Assembly (NCBI GenBank): GCA_038060895.1
Contig: JBBTCT010000018.1
Location: 46,928 to 110,927 of the forward strand
Origin: Planctomycetota bacterium
GTDB lineage: Bacteria; Planctomycetota; MHYJ01; WSZJ01
DNA length: 64,000 bases
Direction of reading: 5' to 3'
Positions 1-8,491 of this stretch are shown in pieces; positions within the stretch are counted from its first letter, which is position 1; every line of letters begins with the position of its first letter. The notes under the pieces are model-generated. The model was not told the origin of the DNA. It searched no databases and saw only the letters and a list, made by a program, of their open reading frames with translations. A program made the translations under genes and the position numbers.

Positions 1-1054
1 ACCGAAGCGAGTCCCTCCGCGCGATCAGCTCCTTGAGGTCGATGAGCAGGTCCTGCAGCCACAGGCAAGCGCGCCGCCCCACCGTCGTCACCTGCGCGGG
101 CTGAAAGTGCGTGAAACCGAGGCAGGGAGTGTTCTTCCACTTCGCCGCAAAGTCCGCGAGCGCCCGGCATGCCCTCGCCACCTTCGGAATCAGCAGCCCC
201 AGCGCTTCCCGCATCACGATCAGGTCCGTGTTGTCCACCACGAACATGCTCGTCGCGCCCAGGTGGATGATCCCCGCCGCGCCCGGCGCCTGCTCGCCGT
301 AATGGCGGATGTGCGCCATCACGTCGTGCCGCGTCTCGCGTTCGATCTCCGAAGCCCGGCTCGCGTCCACACGGTCGCGCGCCGACTTCAGCTCGCCGAT
401 CTGCGTCTCCGTGATCGGCAGTCCCAGCTCCTTCTCCGCCTCCGCCAGCGCAATCCAAAGGTCGCGCCACGTCGTAAACCGCTTCCTGTCCCCGAAGAGC
501 TCGATCATCCTCCGCCCCGCATACCGCTGAGTCAGCGGGTTCACCCAGTCCGTCGCCGTCCCTCCCGGGGTGACGTTGCGCGGCACCGCGGGAAGGGGAG
601 TGAGCGGCCGCGATGACGACGGCCGCACCCCACGACGTACTTCGGCCTTGTCGTAATCCTGCGGCCCGTTTGCAGGCGCCACGGGCGGCGGCCGGTCCTT
701 CCTGCGGAACGAACGCGTCGCTTCGTCCCGGCTCTTGTACCGCTTCAGGAAATCGTTCAGCCCCAGCGTGTCGAACTGCGCCTGGACCCGCGTCCCAACC
801 TGCACCAGCGCGACCGACCCGCCCGCCGTTTCGTTCTCGTCCGTAAACGTCACGAGCATCGCAATCCCTACGCTCGCCACGAAATCCACCGCTTCCATGT
901 CGATCACGAAATCCCGCATCCCGCCGCGCCTCAGGTTTTCCAGCGCTTCCTGCAGAAGCGGAGTCCCCGACTGGTCGATTTTCCCGCGGAGCACGATGAG
1001 CCGCGCGTTCGAGTCCTCCGGGAGCCTCGAGACGGCGATATCGAGCTCGCTCAC
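1..1054 (-). CDS. purB: STAS domain-adenylosuccinate lyase fusion (3' end runs off window)
   Basis: Manual translation from GTG 1054 has no stop: MSELDIAVSRL...DMEAVDFVASVG... (STAS), Pro/Ser/Arg linker, then WVNPLTQRY...RHDVMAH...IIHLGATS...CLGFTHFQPAQVTTVGRR (PurB motifs). Start overlaps the upstream stop (GTGA). Confidence 0.88.
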   Translation of the reverse strand, partial: MSELDIAVSRLPEDSNARLIVLRGKIDQSGTPLLQEALENLRRGGMRDFVIDMEAVDFVASVGIAMLVTFTDENETAGGSVALVQVGTRVQAQFDTLGLNDFLKRYKSRDEATRSFRRKDRPPPVAPANGPQDYDKAEVRRGVRPSSSRPLTPLPAVPRNVTPGGTATDWVNPLTQRYAGRRMIELFGDRKRFTTWRDLWIALAEAEKELGLPITETQIGELKSARDRVDASRASEIERETRHDVMAHIRHYGEQAPGAAGIIHLGATSMFVVDNTDLIVMREALGLLIPKVARACRALADFAAKWKNTPCLGFTHFQPAQVTTVGRRACLWLQDLLIDLKELIARRDSLR

Positions 1055-1470
1055 TGGATCGTCGCCTTCTGCGCCGGCAGCCAGAGCGCAATCGCGACGT
1101 AGACCCCGAGGACAAGCAGGAGCAGAGTCGAAACGAGCCAGACGCGGGTCAGGCGCCGCGGCATCACGAGTTCGGCGAGGACGAACGCGCCGAGAGGCAG
1201 GAAGAGCAGCGCGCCCAGCTGCGCTACGGCGCCGAAGAGCGGCTTCGAAAATGCCGGAATCACGCTTCCGCCGATTTCAAGGCGCGACGCCAGCGCATTG
1301 ACGTGATAGACGCTCCAGCCCGCAAGCGTTCCGTAGAGAAGAAGGGTCAGCCCGAGGTACGAATAGTGAACCGCCGGTTCCGCGCGATCGTTCCCGGTCT
1401 GCGGCGTCGCCCCCGGCAGCCCCGCCGGAGTCGGATTCGCCTGTCCCGCCGGCATTGTCTCGTCAGTCAC
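1051..1470 (-). CDS. small membrane protein (about 3 TM helices)
   Basis: Hydrophobic segments in ORF 1051..1602; GTG at 1470 overlaps the end of the upstream gene. Confidence 0.65.
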   Translation of the reverse strand: MTDETMPAGQANPTPAGLPGATPQTGNDRAEPAVHYSYLGLTLLLYGTLAGWSVYHVNALASRLEIGGSVIPAFSKPLFGAVAQLGALLFLPLGAFVLAELVMPRRLTRVWLVSTLLLLVLGVYVAIALWLPAQKATIQ

Positions 1471-1741
1471 GCGGCCTCCCCGCTCCTGCTTCCTCGAGCA
1501 TCCGGGCAAAACGCGCGGGTTCCATCCGGAACTTGCACGCCAGCTGACCGTCGATGAAGGCCTGCGGCACCGACTCCGCGTACTCCGCCGCCAGCGCCGC
1601 ATCTTCCAGCACGTTGACCACCTCGACCTCGAACCCGTACCACATCAGGAACGCCTCGGCCGCCCCCTTCATCTCGTCACAAAGAGGGCAGCCGGGTCGT
1701 GAGAGGATCTTGACGCGGACGTCAGTGCTTGGGGAACTCAA
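1463..1741 (-). CDS. glutaredoxin-like protein (DUF836/NrdH-like)
   Basis: SRPGCPLCD CxxC motif, VPQAFIDG cis-Pro motif; start uncertain (TTG 1741). Confidence 0.8.
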   Translation of the reverse strand: MSSPSTDVRVKILSRPGCPLCDEMKGAAEAFLMWYGFEVEVVNVLEDAALAAEYAESVPQAFIDGQLACKFRMEPARFARMLEEAGAGRPRD

Positions 1742-2585
1742 ACTTCGCCTCGTTCTCCTTCCACCACGCCTTCCACTTGTCCGCCACCGCCCAGCGGTCT
1801 TCCTTCCCCGCATACATCTTGTAACCCATGTCGAACCCCGTTCCCCACTTCAGCCCCTCGATCGCCATCATCCGGATCTCGGGAACCTCGCTGTACAGGA
1901 AGTCGATCAGTGACTTCACGCCGTCGCGACACTCCGCTCTCGTCAGCGCATCGGCCAGCATCACCCTCCATGCTTCCGTGCCTTCGTTGGAGTGCTTGAG
2001 AAGCGCCTGCCGGGTCGCGTCGTGCGGATCCCACGCGGACATGATCTTCAGCAACTCGCCGCGAACGCTTCCGTCGCTGAGATACGGCTCCAGGATGGGT
2101 GCGGCCTCCGCCGGCTTCGATTTCGTGAGAACCAGGATCGCGTTCGGCCGGGAGGGTGACTGAAGCTTGCGGACGAGGAGGACGAGGTAGGGAAGCAGCT
2201 TGTCCGAAGGAAGGGCCAGTCCTTCCTCGATGGCCTTTTCGGGCTTCAGCTCATGAAGCGCCTTGAGGTACGCGTCGATATTGGCGCGGACCACGGGGTC
2301 CATCGGGGTGCCGGCGAGCGCGCTTTCGAGATCATCTCCGCTCAGCGGACGAGAGGGGGGCGAGAGCGCGTCCACCTTCCGCTGCAGCACGGTCATAAGC
2401 TGGTTGAGGGCGCGGACATCCCGTTCGAGTTCCGCGACGTGCTTGATCATCTCGCGCACGGTGTTGTCGGAAGCGGCCTGCCGCTCCGCGACGTTGTCCA
2501 ACCCCACGGAAACCTTTTCGACGTCGCCGGGCGTCGCACAACCCGCTGCGGCAACGGCAAAGAGCAAGGCAGAGAACTTCTTCAC
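1722..2585 (-). CDS. lipoprotein with coiled coil and HEAT-like repeats
   Basis: Lipobox AAAG-C after signal peptide; C-terminal LIDFLYSEVPEIRMMAIEGL...WKAWW HEAT-like segment. Confidence 0.75.
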   Translation of the reverse strand: MKKFSALLFAVAAAGCATPGDVEKVSVGLDNVAERQAASDNTVREMIKHVAELERDVRALNQLMTVLQRKVDALSPPSRPLSGDDLESALAGTPMDPVVRANIDAYLKALHELKPEKAIEEGLALPSDKLLPYLVLLVRKLQSPSRPNAILVLTKSKPAEAAPILEPYLSDGSVRGELLKIMSAWDPHDATRQALLKHSNEGTEAWRVMLADALTRAECRDGVKSLIDFLYSEVPEIRMMAIEGLKWGTGFDMGYKMYAGKEDRWAVADKWKAWWKENEAKFEFPKH

Positions 2586-2697
2586 GGGCGATCCTCCAAG
2601 TCGCGGCGTTGGCCGCGTGTGTCCCCCCGGGGACGAAGGGCTGAGCGTCGGGCGAAGGGGGGATTGTAGTGATCTGCCGCTCGTTCGGCCAGAGCGA

Positions 2698-2819
2698 CTC
2701 ATAGCGTGAGAAACAATCCGGTGGGTCAGGCTGCGTCGGCCCAGTGGTGGTTGTTTGCAGGGCTCTTCTTTTTCGGGCCGACTCCGCCCGACCCACCGGA
2801 TTGTTTCTCACGCTATGAG
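2698..2819. repeat. long intergenic inverted repeat/hairpin (30-bp perfect arms)
   Basis: ctcatagcgtgagaaacaatccggtgggtc ... gacccaccggattgtttctcacgctatgag, inner stem gtcggccc/gggccgac. Confidence 0.9.
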
Positions 2820-2892
2820 GGAAAACGACTCTTCTGAACGAAGTGTCTGAACATTCCTCATCGCGGGCCCGATTTCAGCACGCAGTTTTCCC

Positions 2893-3013
2893 AGCGCGCG
2901 TGAACCTTGCGAGCGACGGCGAGCGGTCGGGGCTCGCGGCACGGCGTCGAGCCTTTCCGACGCCGGGCCGCGAGGTCCGACCGCCGACGGCGTTCGCAAG
3001 GTTCACGCGCGCT
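2893..3013. repeat. long intergenic hairpin (20-bp perfect outer arms, loop AGCCTTTC)
   Basis: agcgcgcgtgaaccttgcga ... tcgcaaggttcacgcgcgct, paired almost throughout; core similar to 59801-59889. Confidence 0.9.
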
Positions 3014-4077
3014 CACCACTTGATCGCGACTTCGCGCTTGCCCCGCTTGACGGTGCCTACGATGGCGGCGGTCTCGCCGGATTCCTGCAGCCGGCGGACG
3101 ACGGCCTTCGCGTAGTACGGATCGACGATCATGACCAGTCCCAGGCCCATGTTGAAGACGCGGACCATTTCGTCGTCCGGGATGCCGCCCTTCTCCTGCA
3201 GGAAGCTGAAAATGCGCGGGACGGGGATTTCGCCGATCTTGATTTCGACGTCCACGTCCGGAGGAATCACGCGCGGGACATTTTCCACGATCCCGCCGCC
3301 CGTGATGTGAGCGATTGCTTTCACCACCTTCTTTGTCCGGTAGGGCGCAAGCACGTGTTTCATGGACCGGACGTAAATCCGGGTCGGCGTCAGCAGTTCC
3401 TCGCCGAGCGTGCCGCGGAGCCCTTCGATCCGGTCCTCGAGCTTCAACCCCGCTTTTTCGAGAAGGACCTTGCGCACGAGGGTGAAGCCGTTCGAGTGAA
3501 GCCCGCTCGACCCGACGCCGATCACCGCGTCGCCGACGCAGACCGATTTCCCGTCGATGATCCGGTCGCGTTCCACGATTCCCGTGCAGAATCCGCCCAT
3601 CTCGTATTCGCCTGTCCCATAGTCGTCAGGGTGCTGCGCCGTCTCGCCGCCGAGCAGAACACAGTCCGACAATTCGCAGCCGCGAACCAGGCCCTTCACC
3701 ACGTCCAGCATCAGCGCCTCGTCCATTGGCCCGACGGCAATGTAGTCGAGGAAGAACAGCGGCTCGGCACCGGAGACGATGAGGTCGTTCACGCTCATGG
3801 CGACCAGGTCGATCCCGACCGTGTCGTGCTTCCCGGTGGCCTGCGCGATCTTCAGTTTCGTTCCGACTCCGTCCGCGCAACCGACCAGGACGGGGTCCTT
3901 GTATTGCTTCTTGAAGAGGTTCGCGGGGCCGTTCAGGGCGAAGAAGCCGGCGTACCCCCAGTCGTTCTGGATGACGCGCGGGTTGTAAGTGCGGCGCATG
4001 AGGCCGAAGAGTTTGTCGATGAAGCGGTCTTTGGCGACCGTATCGACGCCGGCGTCCTTGTAGGTCATGCGCGCCAT
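3013..4077 (-). CDS. purM: phosphoribosylformylglycinamidine cyclo-ligase (AIR synthase)
   Basis: TYKDAGVD, DGVGTK, GGETA, SSGLHSNG, HITGGG, FNMG motifs. Confidence 0.97.
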   Translation of the reverse strand: MARMTYKDAGVDTVAKDRFIDKLFGLMRRTYNPRVIQNDWGYAGFFALNGPANLFKKQYKDPVLVGCADGVGTKLKIAQATGKHDTVGIDLVAMSVNDLIVSGAEPLFFLDYIAVGPMDEALMLDVVKGLVRGCELSDCVLLGGETAQHPDDYGTGEYEMGGFCTGIVERDRIIDGKSVCVGDAVIGVGSSGLHSNGFTLVRKVLLEKAGLKLEDRIEGLRGTLGEELLTPTRIYVRSMKHVLAPYRTKKVVKAIAHITGGGIVENVPRVIPPDVDVEIKIGEIPVPRIFSFLQEKGGIPDDEMVRVFNMGLGLVMIVDPYYAKAVVRRLQESGETAAIVGTVKRGKREVAIKW

Positions 4078-4121
4078 GGATCGTGGGCTCCTGTTGATTG
4101 CGGGCGCGGGATGCTAACCGA

Positions 4122-4210
4122 GGGAGGAGGTAGTTGGTAGGAGGTAGGGGGTAGTAAAGACGCGCGTGCCCAAAGTGCCGTAACTACCCCCTACCCACTA
4201 CCCCCTGCCC
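4122..4210. repeat. inverted pair of short tandem heptamer repeats (GGTAGnn)
   Basis: ggaggtagttggtaggaggtagggggtag ... ctaccccctacccactacccc between purF and purM. Confidence 0.7.
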
Positions 4211-5634
4211 TAGCATTTCTGCTGTTCGTGCTGCAACTTCTCGAATTTCTCATTCACCGGGACGCGGTAACTCCCGCTGTAGCAGGCGGTGCAGTAGTGA
4301 TCCTTCGGGCTCGACACCGCGCCCAGAAGTCCCTCAAGCGAGAGGTATCCCAGCGAGTCGAGGTCGAGATGCCGCCGGATCTCCTCGACATTCATGCGCG
4401 CGGCGATCAGTTCCTCCGGATTTGGGAAGTCGATCCCATAGAAACACGGATGGGCGATCGGCGGGCAGGAGATGCGCATGTGGACCTCCTTCGCTCCCGC
4501 CTGCCGCAGCATCTTGACGCGGCCGCGGCTGGTCGTGCCGCGGATGATCGAGTCATCGACGACCACAACGCGCTTCCCGCGCACGACCTCGGCGATCACG
4601 TTGAGCTTGAGCCCGACCCCCGAGATGCGCGCTCCCTGTGTCGGGGCGATGAAGGTGCGCCCGATGTAATGGTTGCGGACGAAGCCGTGGTCGAGCGGGA
4701 TTCCCGACGCATGCGAGAAGCCGAGCGCCGCGTCGTTCCCGCTGTCGGGGATCGGCACCACGATGTCTCCCTGCGCGGGATGCTCCTTCGCCAGCGCCCG
4801 CCCGAGATTCATGCGCACCCCGTGCACGTTGTCGCCGAAAACACGCGAGTCCGGGCGCGCAAAGTAGACGTGCTCGAAGATGCAGTGCGCAGGCGTCTCG
4901 GGCTTTTCGTGGAAAAAGAACGAACGCTCGCCCTTCGAGGAAAACTCCACCACCTCTCCCGCCTTGACGTCCCGCACGTACTTCGCGCCCACGATGTCCA
5001 GCGCGCACGTTTCGCTCGCCACCACCGGCACGCCGTCCAGCTCCCCGATGCACAGCGGACGGAACGCGTGCCGGTCCCGGATCGCGTAGAGCCGGTCCTT
5101 CGAGAGGATGAGAAGCGAAAACGCGCCGCGAAGCTGCCGGAGCGCGCGGATCATCCTCTCGTCCTCCGATCCGTCCCAGGGCTGCGCCAGCAGGTGCATG
5201 ATCGTCTCGCTGTCGGTCGAAGTCTGGAAAATCGACCCGCGCGACTCAAACTCACGGCGAAGCTGCCCGCTGTTCACGAGGTTCCCGTTGTGCGCGATCG
5301 CGAGCGGACCCGCGGCGTAGTTAAAGAGAAGCGGCTGCGCGTTCTGGATCGTGCTCGACCCCGTCGTGCTGTAGCGGACGTGCCCGATGGCGACCGGATT
5401 GCGCAGCGAAGCGAGGACTTCATCCGTAAAAATGTCGCCGACCTGTCCCATTTCCCGGTGCGCCAGGAGATTTCCGCCGCTCGTCGAGCAGATCCCCGCG
5501 CTTTCCTGTCCGCGATGCTGAAGCGAGTAAAGCCCGTAGTACGTCTTGTGCACCGCTTCCGGGTGCCCGTAGATCCCGAAGAGCCCGCAGAATTCCCGCG
5601 GCCCTTCACCCGTCGCGTCGCGTTCGTCGCTCAT
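4210..5634 (-). CDS. purF: amidophosphoribosyltransferase (Fe-S type with propeptide)
   Basis: CGLFG N-terminal nucleophile after short propeptide, QHRGQE, VDDSIIRGTT, Fe-S cysteines (HCIFE, PCFYG, CTAC). Confidence 0.97.
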   Translation of the reverse strand: MSDERDATGEGPREFCGLFGIYGHPEAVHKTYYGLYSLQHRGQESAGICSTSGGNLLAHREMGQVGDIFTDEVLASLRNPVAIGHVRYSTTGSSTIQNAQPLLFNYAAGPLAIAHNGNLVNSGQLRREFESRGSIFQTSTDSETIMHLLAQPWDGSEDERMIRALRQLRGAFSLLILSKDRLYAIRDRHAFRPLCIGELDGVPVVASETCALDIVGAKYVRDVKAGEVVEFSSKGERSFFFHEKPETPAHCIFEHVYFARPDSRVFGDNVHGVRMNLGRALAKEHPAQGDIVVPIPDSGNDAALGFSHASGIPLDHGFVRNHYIGRTFIAPTQGARISGVGLKLNVIAEVVRGKRVVVVDDSIIRGTTSRGRVKMLRQAGAKEVHMRISCPPIAHPCFYGIDFPNPEELIAARMNVEEIRRHLDLDSLGYLSLEGLLGAVSSPKDHYCTACYSGSYRVPVNEKFEKLQHEQQKC

Positions 5635-5681
5635 GATCCCCCAGTAGATCGACTTTCCGACTTCGTTGCAAATCTGCCGCT

Positions 5682-6209
5682 TCAGGCGTCTTTCAGTTCC
5701 CTGGCTACTTCGGCTTCCCATTTCCTCCACGGGTCGAGGACGAGCGACTTCCTGAAGTGTTTTCTTGCGAGCCGGGGCATTCCCTCGCGCTTATAGGTCA
5801 TTCCGATGTGGAAATGGGCGTCGGGGTCGTCGCGGTCGAGTTTGAGGACGGAGCGCAGCTTGATGCGTGCGCGCGGGTATTCGCCGCGGAGGTAATAGCC
5901 GAACGCGCTGAGGAATCGTTCGCGTTTTCGCTCGTCGAGCGCCCTCCTGCGCCGCCAGACGAGGATGCGAAGGAGGTCGAGGGTGGCATAGAGCCAGATG
6001 ACGCCGGCTGCGACAGCGCAGCCGCGGGCGTCGACCCGGGTTCCGAGGGCGCCCAGGACCGGCGAAACTGCCGTGGCGTTGGCGAAGAACGTGAACCACA
6101 CGAAGAACCAGAGGCCGCGGCCGATCCGGCCCAGGACGACATGGCCGACACCGGGGAGAACGAATCCCAGGCAGGCGGCGAGCTTGGTGGTTCTGGAAAA
6201 ATCAGGCAT
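5682..6209 (-). CDS. membrane protein with C-terminal TPR
   Basis: LPGVGHVVLG TM motif, 2-3 TM helices, TPR DPDAHFHIGMTY...LVLDP. Confidence 0.8.
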   Translation of the reverse strand: MPDFSRTTKLAACLGFVLPGVGHVVLGRIGRGLWFFVWFTFFANATAVSPVLGALGTRVDARGCAVAAGVIWLYATLDLLRILVWRRRRALDERKRERFLSAFGYYLRGEYPRARIKLRSVLKLDRDDPDAHFHIGMTYKREGMPRLARKHFRKSLVLDPWRKWEAEVARELKDA

Positions 6210-6234
6210 GACCGCCGCGATCCTCGCCCACGTG

Positions 6235-6993
6235 TTACTTCGACATGCGCATGGCGGGGATCGGGTCCGAGCCCGTGTACTGGCGCTCCCAGGACCGGAT
6301 GTGGTCGATGCGAAGGGCTCGCTCCGCGACCTGGTAGTCCTCGCCCGTGATCGGAACGGCCTTCATCGGGGGGGTCACTCCCTGGCCGTTTTTCTTCGAA
6401 GGCGCCCAATCCTCCGTAAACAGCAGCGAGATGCGGTCGGTCGGCGCAAGCGCCGCGGTTCTCCCGGGAGGCGCCGTGTAGCGCTTTGTGTTGCCCGTGC
6501 TTCGGACCAGTTCCGGCGGCGCGTCGCCGACGGGAGCGGCCACTTCAACTCCCGCGCCGGTGGAAAGCCCGTAGTACTTCTTGAGCGCGTCCTGGACTTC
6601 CGCCTCAGGCGCGACCACGACCTTGACCTTCAGCCCGGTCGATTTCCTCACGTCCACCACGGCCGCGCGATTGAAGAAATTCGCCTTGGCAATGAACACG
6701 ATCCCCGCGGCTTTCTCGACCGGTACGATTTCGTGCTTTTCCGCCAGTTCCTTCGAGACGCAGGCGATCACGTCCGCCGCGATGTTCAGCGAAGCGATCG
6801 ATACGTGGGGAATCTGGTATGTGGCTGCCAGAAACCGGGCCAGCTCGCCCCGTGCGGGAGCGCCGGCGCCAACCAGCGCGGCCAGGATGGGGGAGCCTTT
6901 ACGCTCTTCCCCTGCGCGCGCAATGTCTTCAGCAAGAACGGCGCCTTCCTCGATCAGGATCTCGCCGACACGCTGAAGGTCTTCACCGGCCAT
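6235..6993 (-). CDS. MshEN/GspE N-terminal-domain protein without ATPase
   Basis: RVGEILIEEGAV MshEN-like motif; AEKHEIVPV...ANFFN...VVAPEAEV T2SSE_N-like core; no Walker A motif. Confidence 0.75.
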   Translation of the reverse strand: MAGEDLQRVGEILIEEGAVLAEDIARAGEERKGSPILAALVGAGAPARGELARFLAATYQIPHVSIASLNIAADVIACVSKELAEKHEIVPVEKAAGIVFIAKANFFNRAAVVDVRKSTGLKVKVVVAPEAEVQDALKKYYGLSTGAGVEVAAPVGDAPPELVRSTGNTKRYTAPPGRTAALAPTDRISLLFTEDWAPSKKNGQGVTPPMKAVPITGEDYQVAERALRIDHIRSWERQYTGSDPIPAMRMSK

Positions 6994-7136
6994 GTGCTTC
7001 TCCGGGAGTGGGTTCGTGGAGAGCCTGATTATAAGGGGAAGCGAGCGGACCTTCCAATTCAAATCGAAGTTCAACCCGCCAGCAGGGCCCCGCCAGGCCC
7101 TGAATCTCTCTCGCCTCGGAAGTCATTGTCCTTCTG

Positions 7137-7253
7137 AAGTTTGCGAGTACGCGGGGTGTGGATCGCGGGGGCGCAGGGGAGCCGGGCCGGAGCCGTTCCC
7201 GGCCCGTGCGACCCGGAGCCCCCGCGATCCACACCCCGCGTACTCGCAAACTT
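7137..7253. repeat. long intergenic hairpin (36-bp perfect arms, loop AGCCGTTC)
   Basis: aagtttgcgagtacgcggggtgtggatcgcgggggc ... gcccccgcgatccacaccccgcgtactcgcaaactt. Confidence 0.9.
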
Positions 7254-7280
7254 GACCGGCCCCTCCCGCCGCTGCTAGCA
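7252..7280 (+). promoter_or_regulatory. sigma70-like promoter
   Basis: TTGACC-N17-TAGCAT upstream of 7404. Confidence 0.55.
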
Positions 7281-7403
7281 TTTCCCGAGCGTCGTGCCGA
7301 GCCGCGCCCGGGGCGGAGGTGAACGGCAGACGCAGACCGGGCGGGGCGCGCCCCCTTCCCGGCCGACAGGCCTGCTCCCTGGCGTCCGACAACTGGAGGA
7401 TGC

Positions 7404-8426
7404 ATGCCGGATCTCACCTGGGACGTTCAGAAAGTCAATCAGCAGGCCGCCGTCATCATTCTGTCCGGCTCCATCGATGCCAAGACGGTCCCGTCCTTCC
7501 AGGAACAGATGAACAAGGTCAAGGATGACGGGGTCATCAAGTTCGTCCTCGACATGGAAGCCATCAAGTACGTGAACTCGACGGGCCTCGGGTTCCTCGT
7601 CAACCTCGCCGATTCGCTCGACCCGCGCGGCGGCGGCATCGCCCTCGTCAAGCTCCACCCGAAGGTCAAAGTCGTTTTCGACATGCTCGGGCTCAATGCG
7701 TTCTTCAAGATCTTCGGCAGCCGCAACGACGCCGTCGCTTCCATGACGGGCGCGGGCAAGAAAGAAACCGTGGAGTCCGCCCCTGCCCCCGTCGCCACTG
7801 CAACCGCGCCGCTGCCCCCGTCACAGCCGCAACCCGCCACGCTGGCGCGCGGAACAACGCAGTCCTTCGCCCCCGTCCCCCAGGGCGAGGAAGTCGCCGT
7901 CTCCGGGCAGCAGCTCGAGTGCGCTTCCTGCAAGGCCACCCTCCTCGTTCCCGAGCCCGGCAACTACAAGTGCCCCCGCTGCAGCGCGATCTTCACCTAT
8001 ACGCGCGACGGCAAGGCCAACTTCCTCCCGCGCCGCCGCCTCACCCCGATCCAGATGACCCTGACCTGCTCGCCCGAGTGCACCGAGGGACTCGTGACAA
8101 TGGCGGGGCTGCTCGCAAAGCGCGCCGGGTTCAACGACGGCCTGGCGAAATCCATGGAAGCGAGCGTCCGGGAATCCGCTTCCACGATCTGCGACAAGGC
8201 GTACGGTTCGAACGAGCAGGCGACGTACCAGGTGCTGATGGTTGCGAGCGACAACGAGGTGTCGATCAAGTTCAGCGACTACGGCAAGAAGATCGAAGCG
8301 GACATGCGCGACGCGAGCGGGAAGTCGGTGTTCACCGTGACGCGGCAGTCGATGGACGTGTTCGACCTGAAGGCGCATCCGAAGGGCGGGAACATCCTGA
8401 CCTTGAGCAAGAGAGCGAGCGCTTAA
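7404..8426 (+). CDS. STAS (anti-anti-sigma) + Zn ribbon + degenerate anti-sigma HATPase-like domain
   Basis: LDMEAIKYVNSTG STAS motif; CASC...CPRC; C-terminal RESASTICDKAY / FSDYG / MD..GGNILTLSK resembles the RsbW fold; GGAGG RBS. Confidence 0.8.
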   Translation: MPDLTWDVQKVNQQAAVIILSGSIDAKTVPSFQEQMNKVKDDGVIKFVLDMEAIKYVNSTGLGFLVNLADSLDPRGGGIALVKLHPKVKVVFDMLGLNAFFKIFGSRNDAVASMTGAGKKETVESAPAPVATATAPLPPSQPQPATLARGTTQSFAPVPQGEEVAVSGQQLECASCKATLLVPEPGNYKCPRCSAIFTYTRDGKANFLPRRRLTPIQMTLTCSPECTEGLVTMAGLLAKRAGFNDGLAKSMEASVRESASTICDKAYGSNEQATYQVLMVASDNEVSIKFSDYGKKIEADMRDASGKSVFTVTRQSMDVFDLKAHPKGGNILTLSKRASA

Positions 8427-8453
8427 GGCGGGACGGGAGTCGGGAGAAACGAC

Positions 8454-8484
8454 AAGGACCTGCGGAAACGCGGGTCCTTTTTTT
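8454..8484 (+). terminator. rho-independent terminator
   Basis: aaggacctgcg-gaaa-cgcgggtcctt followed by a T tract. Confidence 0.8.
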
Positions 8485-8491
8485 CGGCGCG

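Noticed and set aside
2698-3013. Two adjacent ~120-nt hairpins as integron attC sites
   Set aside because: No RYYYAAC/GTTRRRY boxes at the termini, no cassette ORFs between them, and no IntI-like integrase recognised in the window.
4228-5796. Long antisense or alternate-frame ORFs (e.g. 4228..5796, 32938..34575, 43651..45840, 60253..62034)
   Set aside because: Shadow ORFs of high-GC genes on the opposite strand, with Arg/Pro-rich non-protein-like composition.
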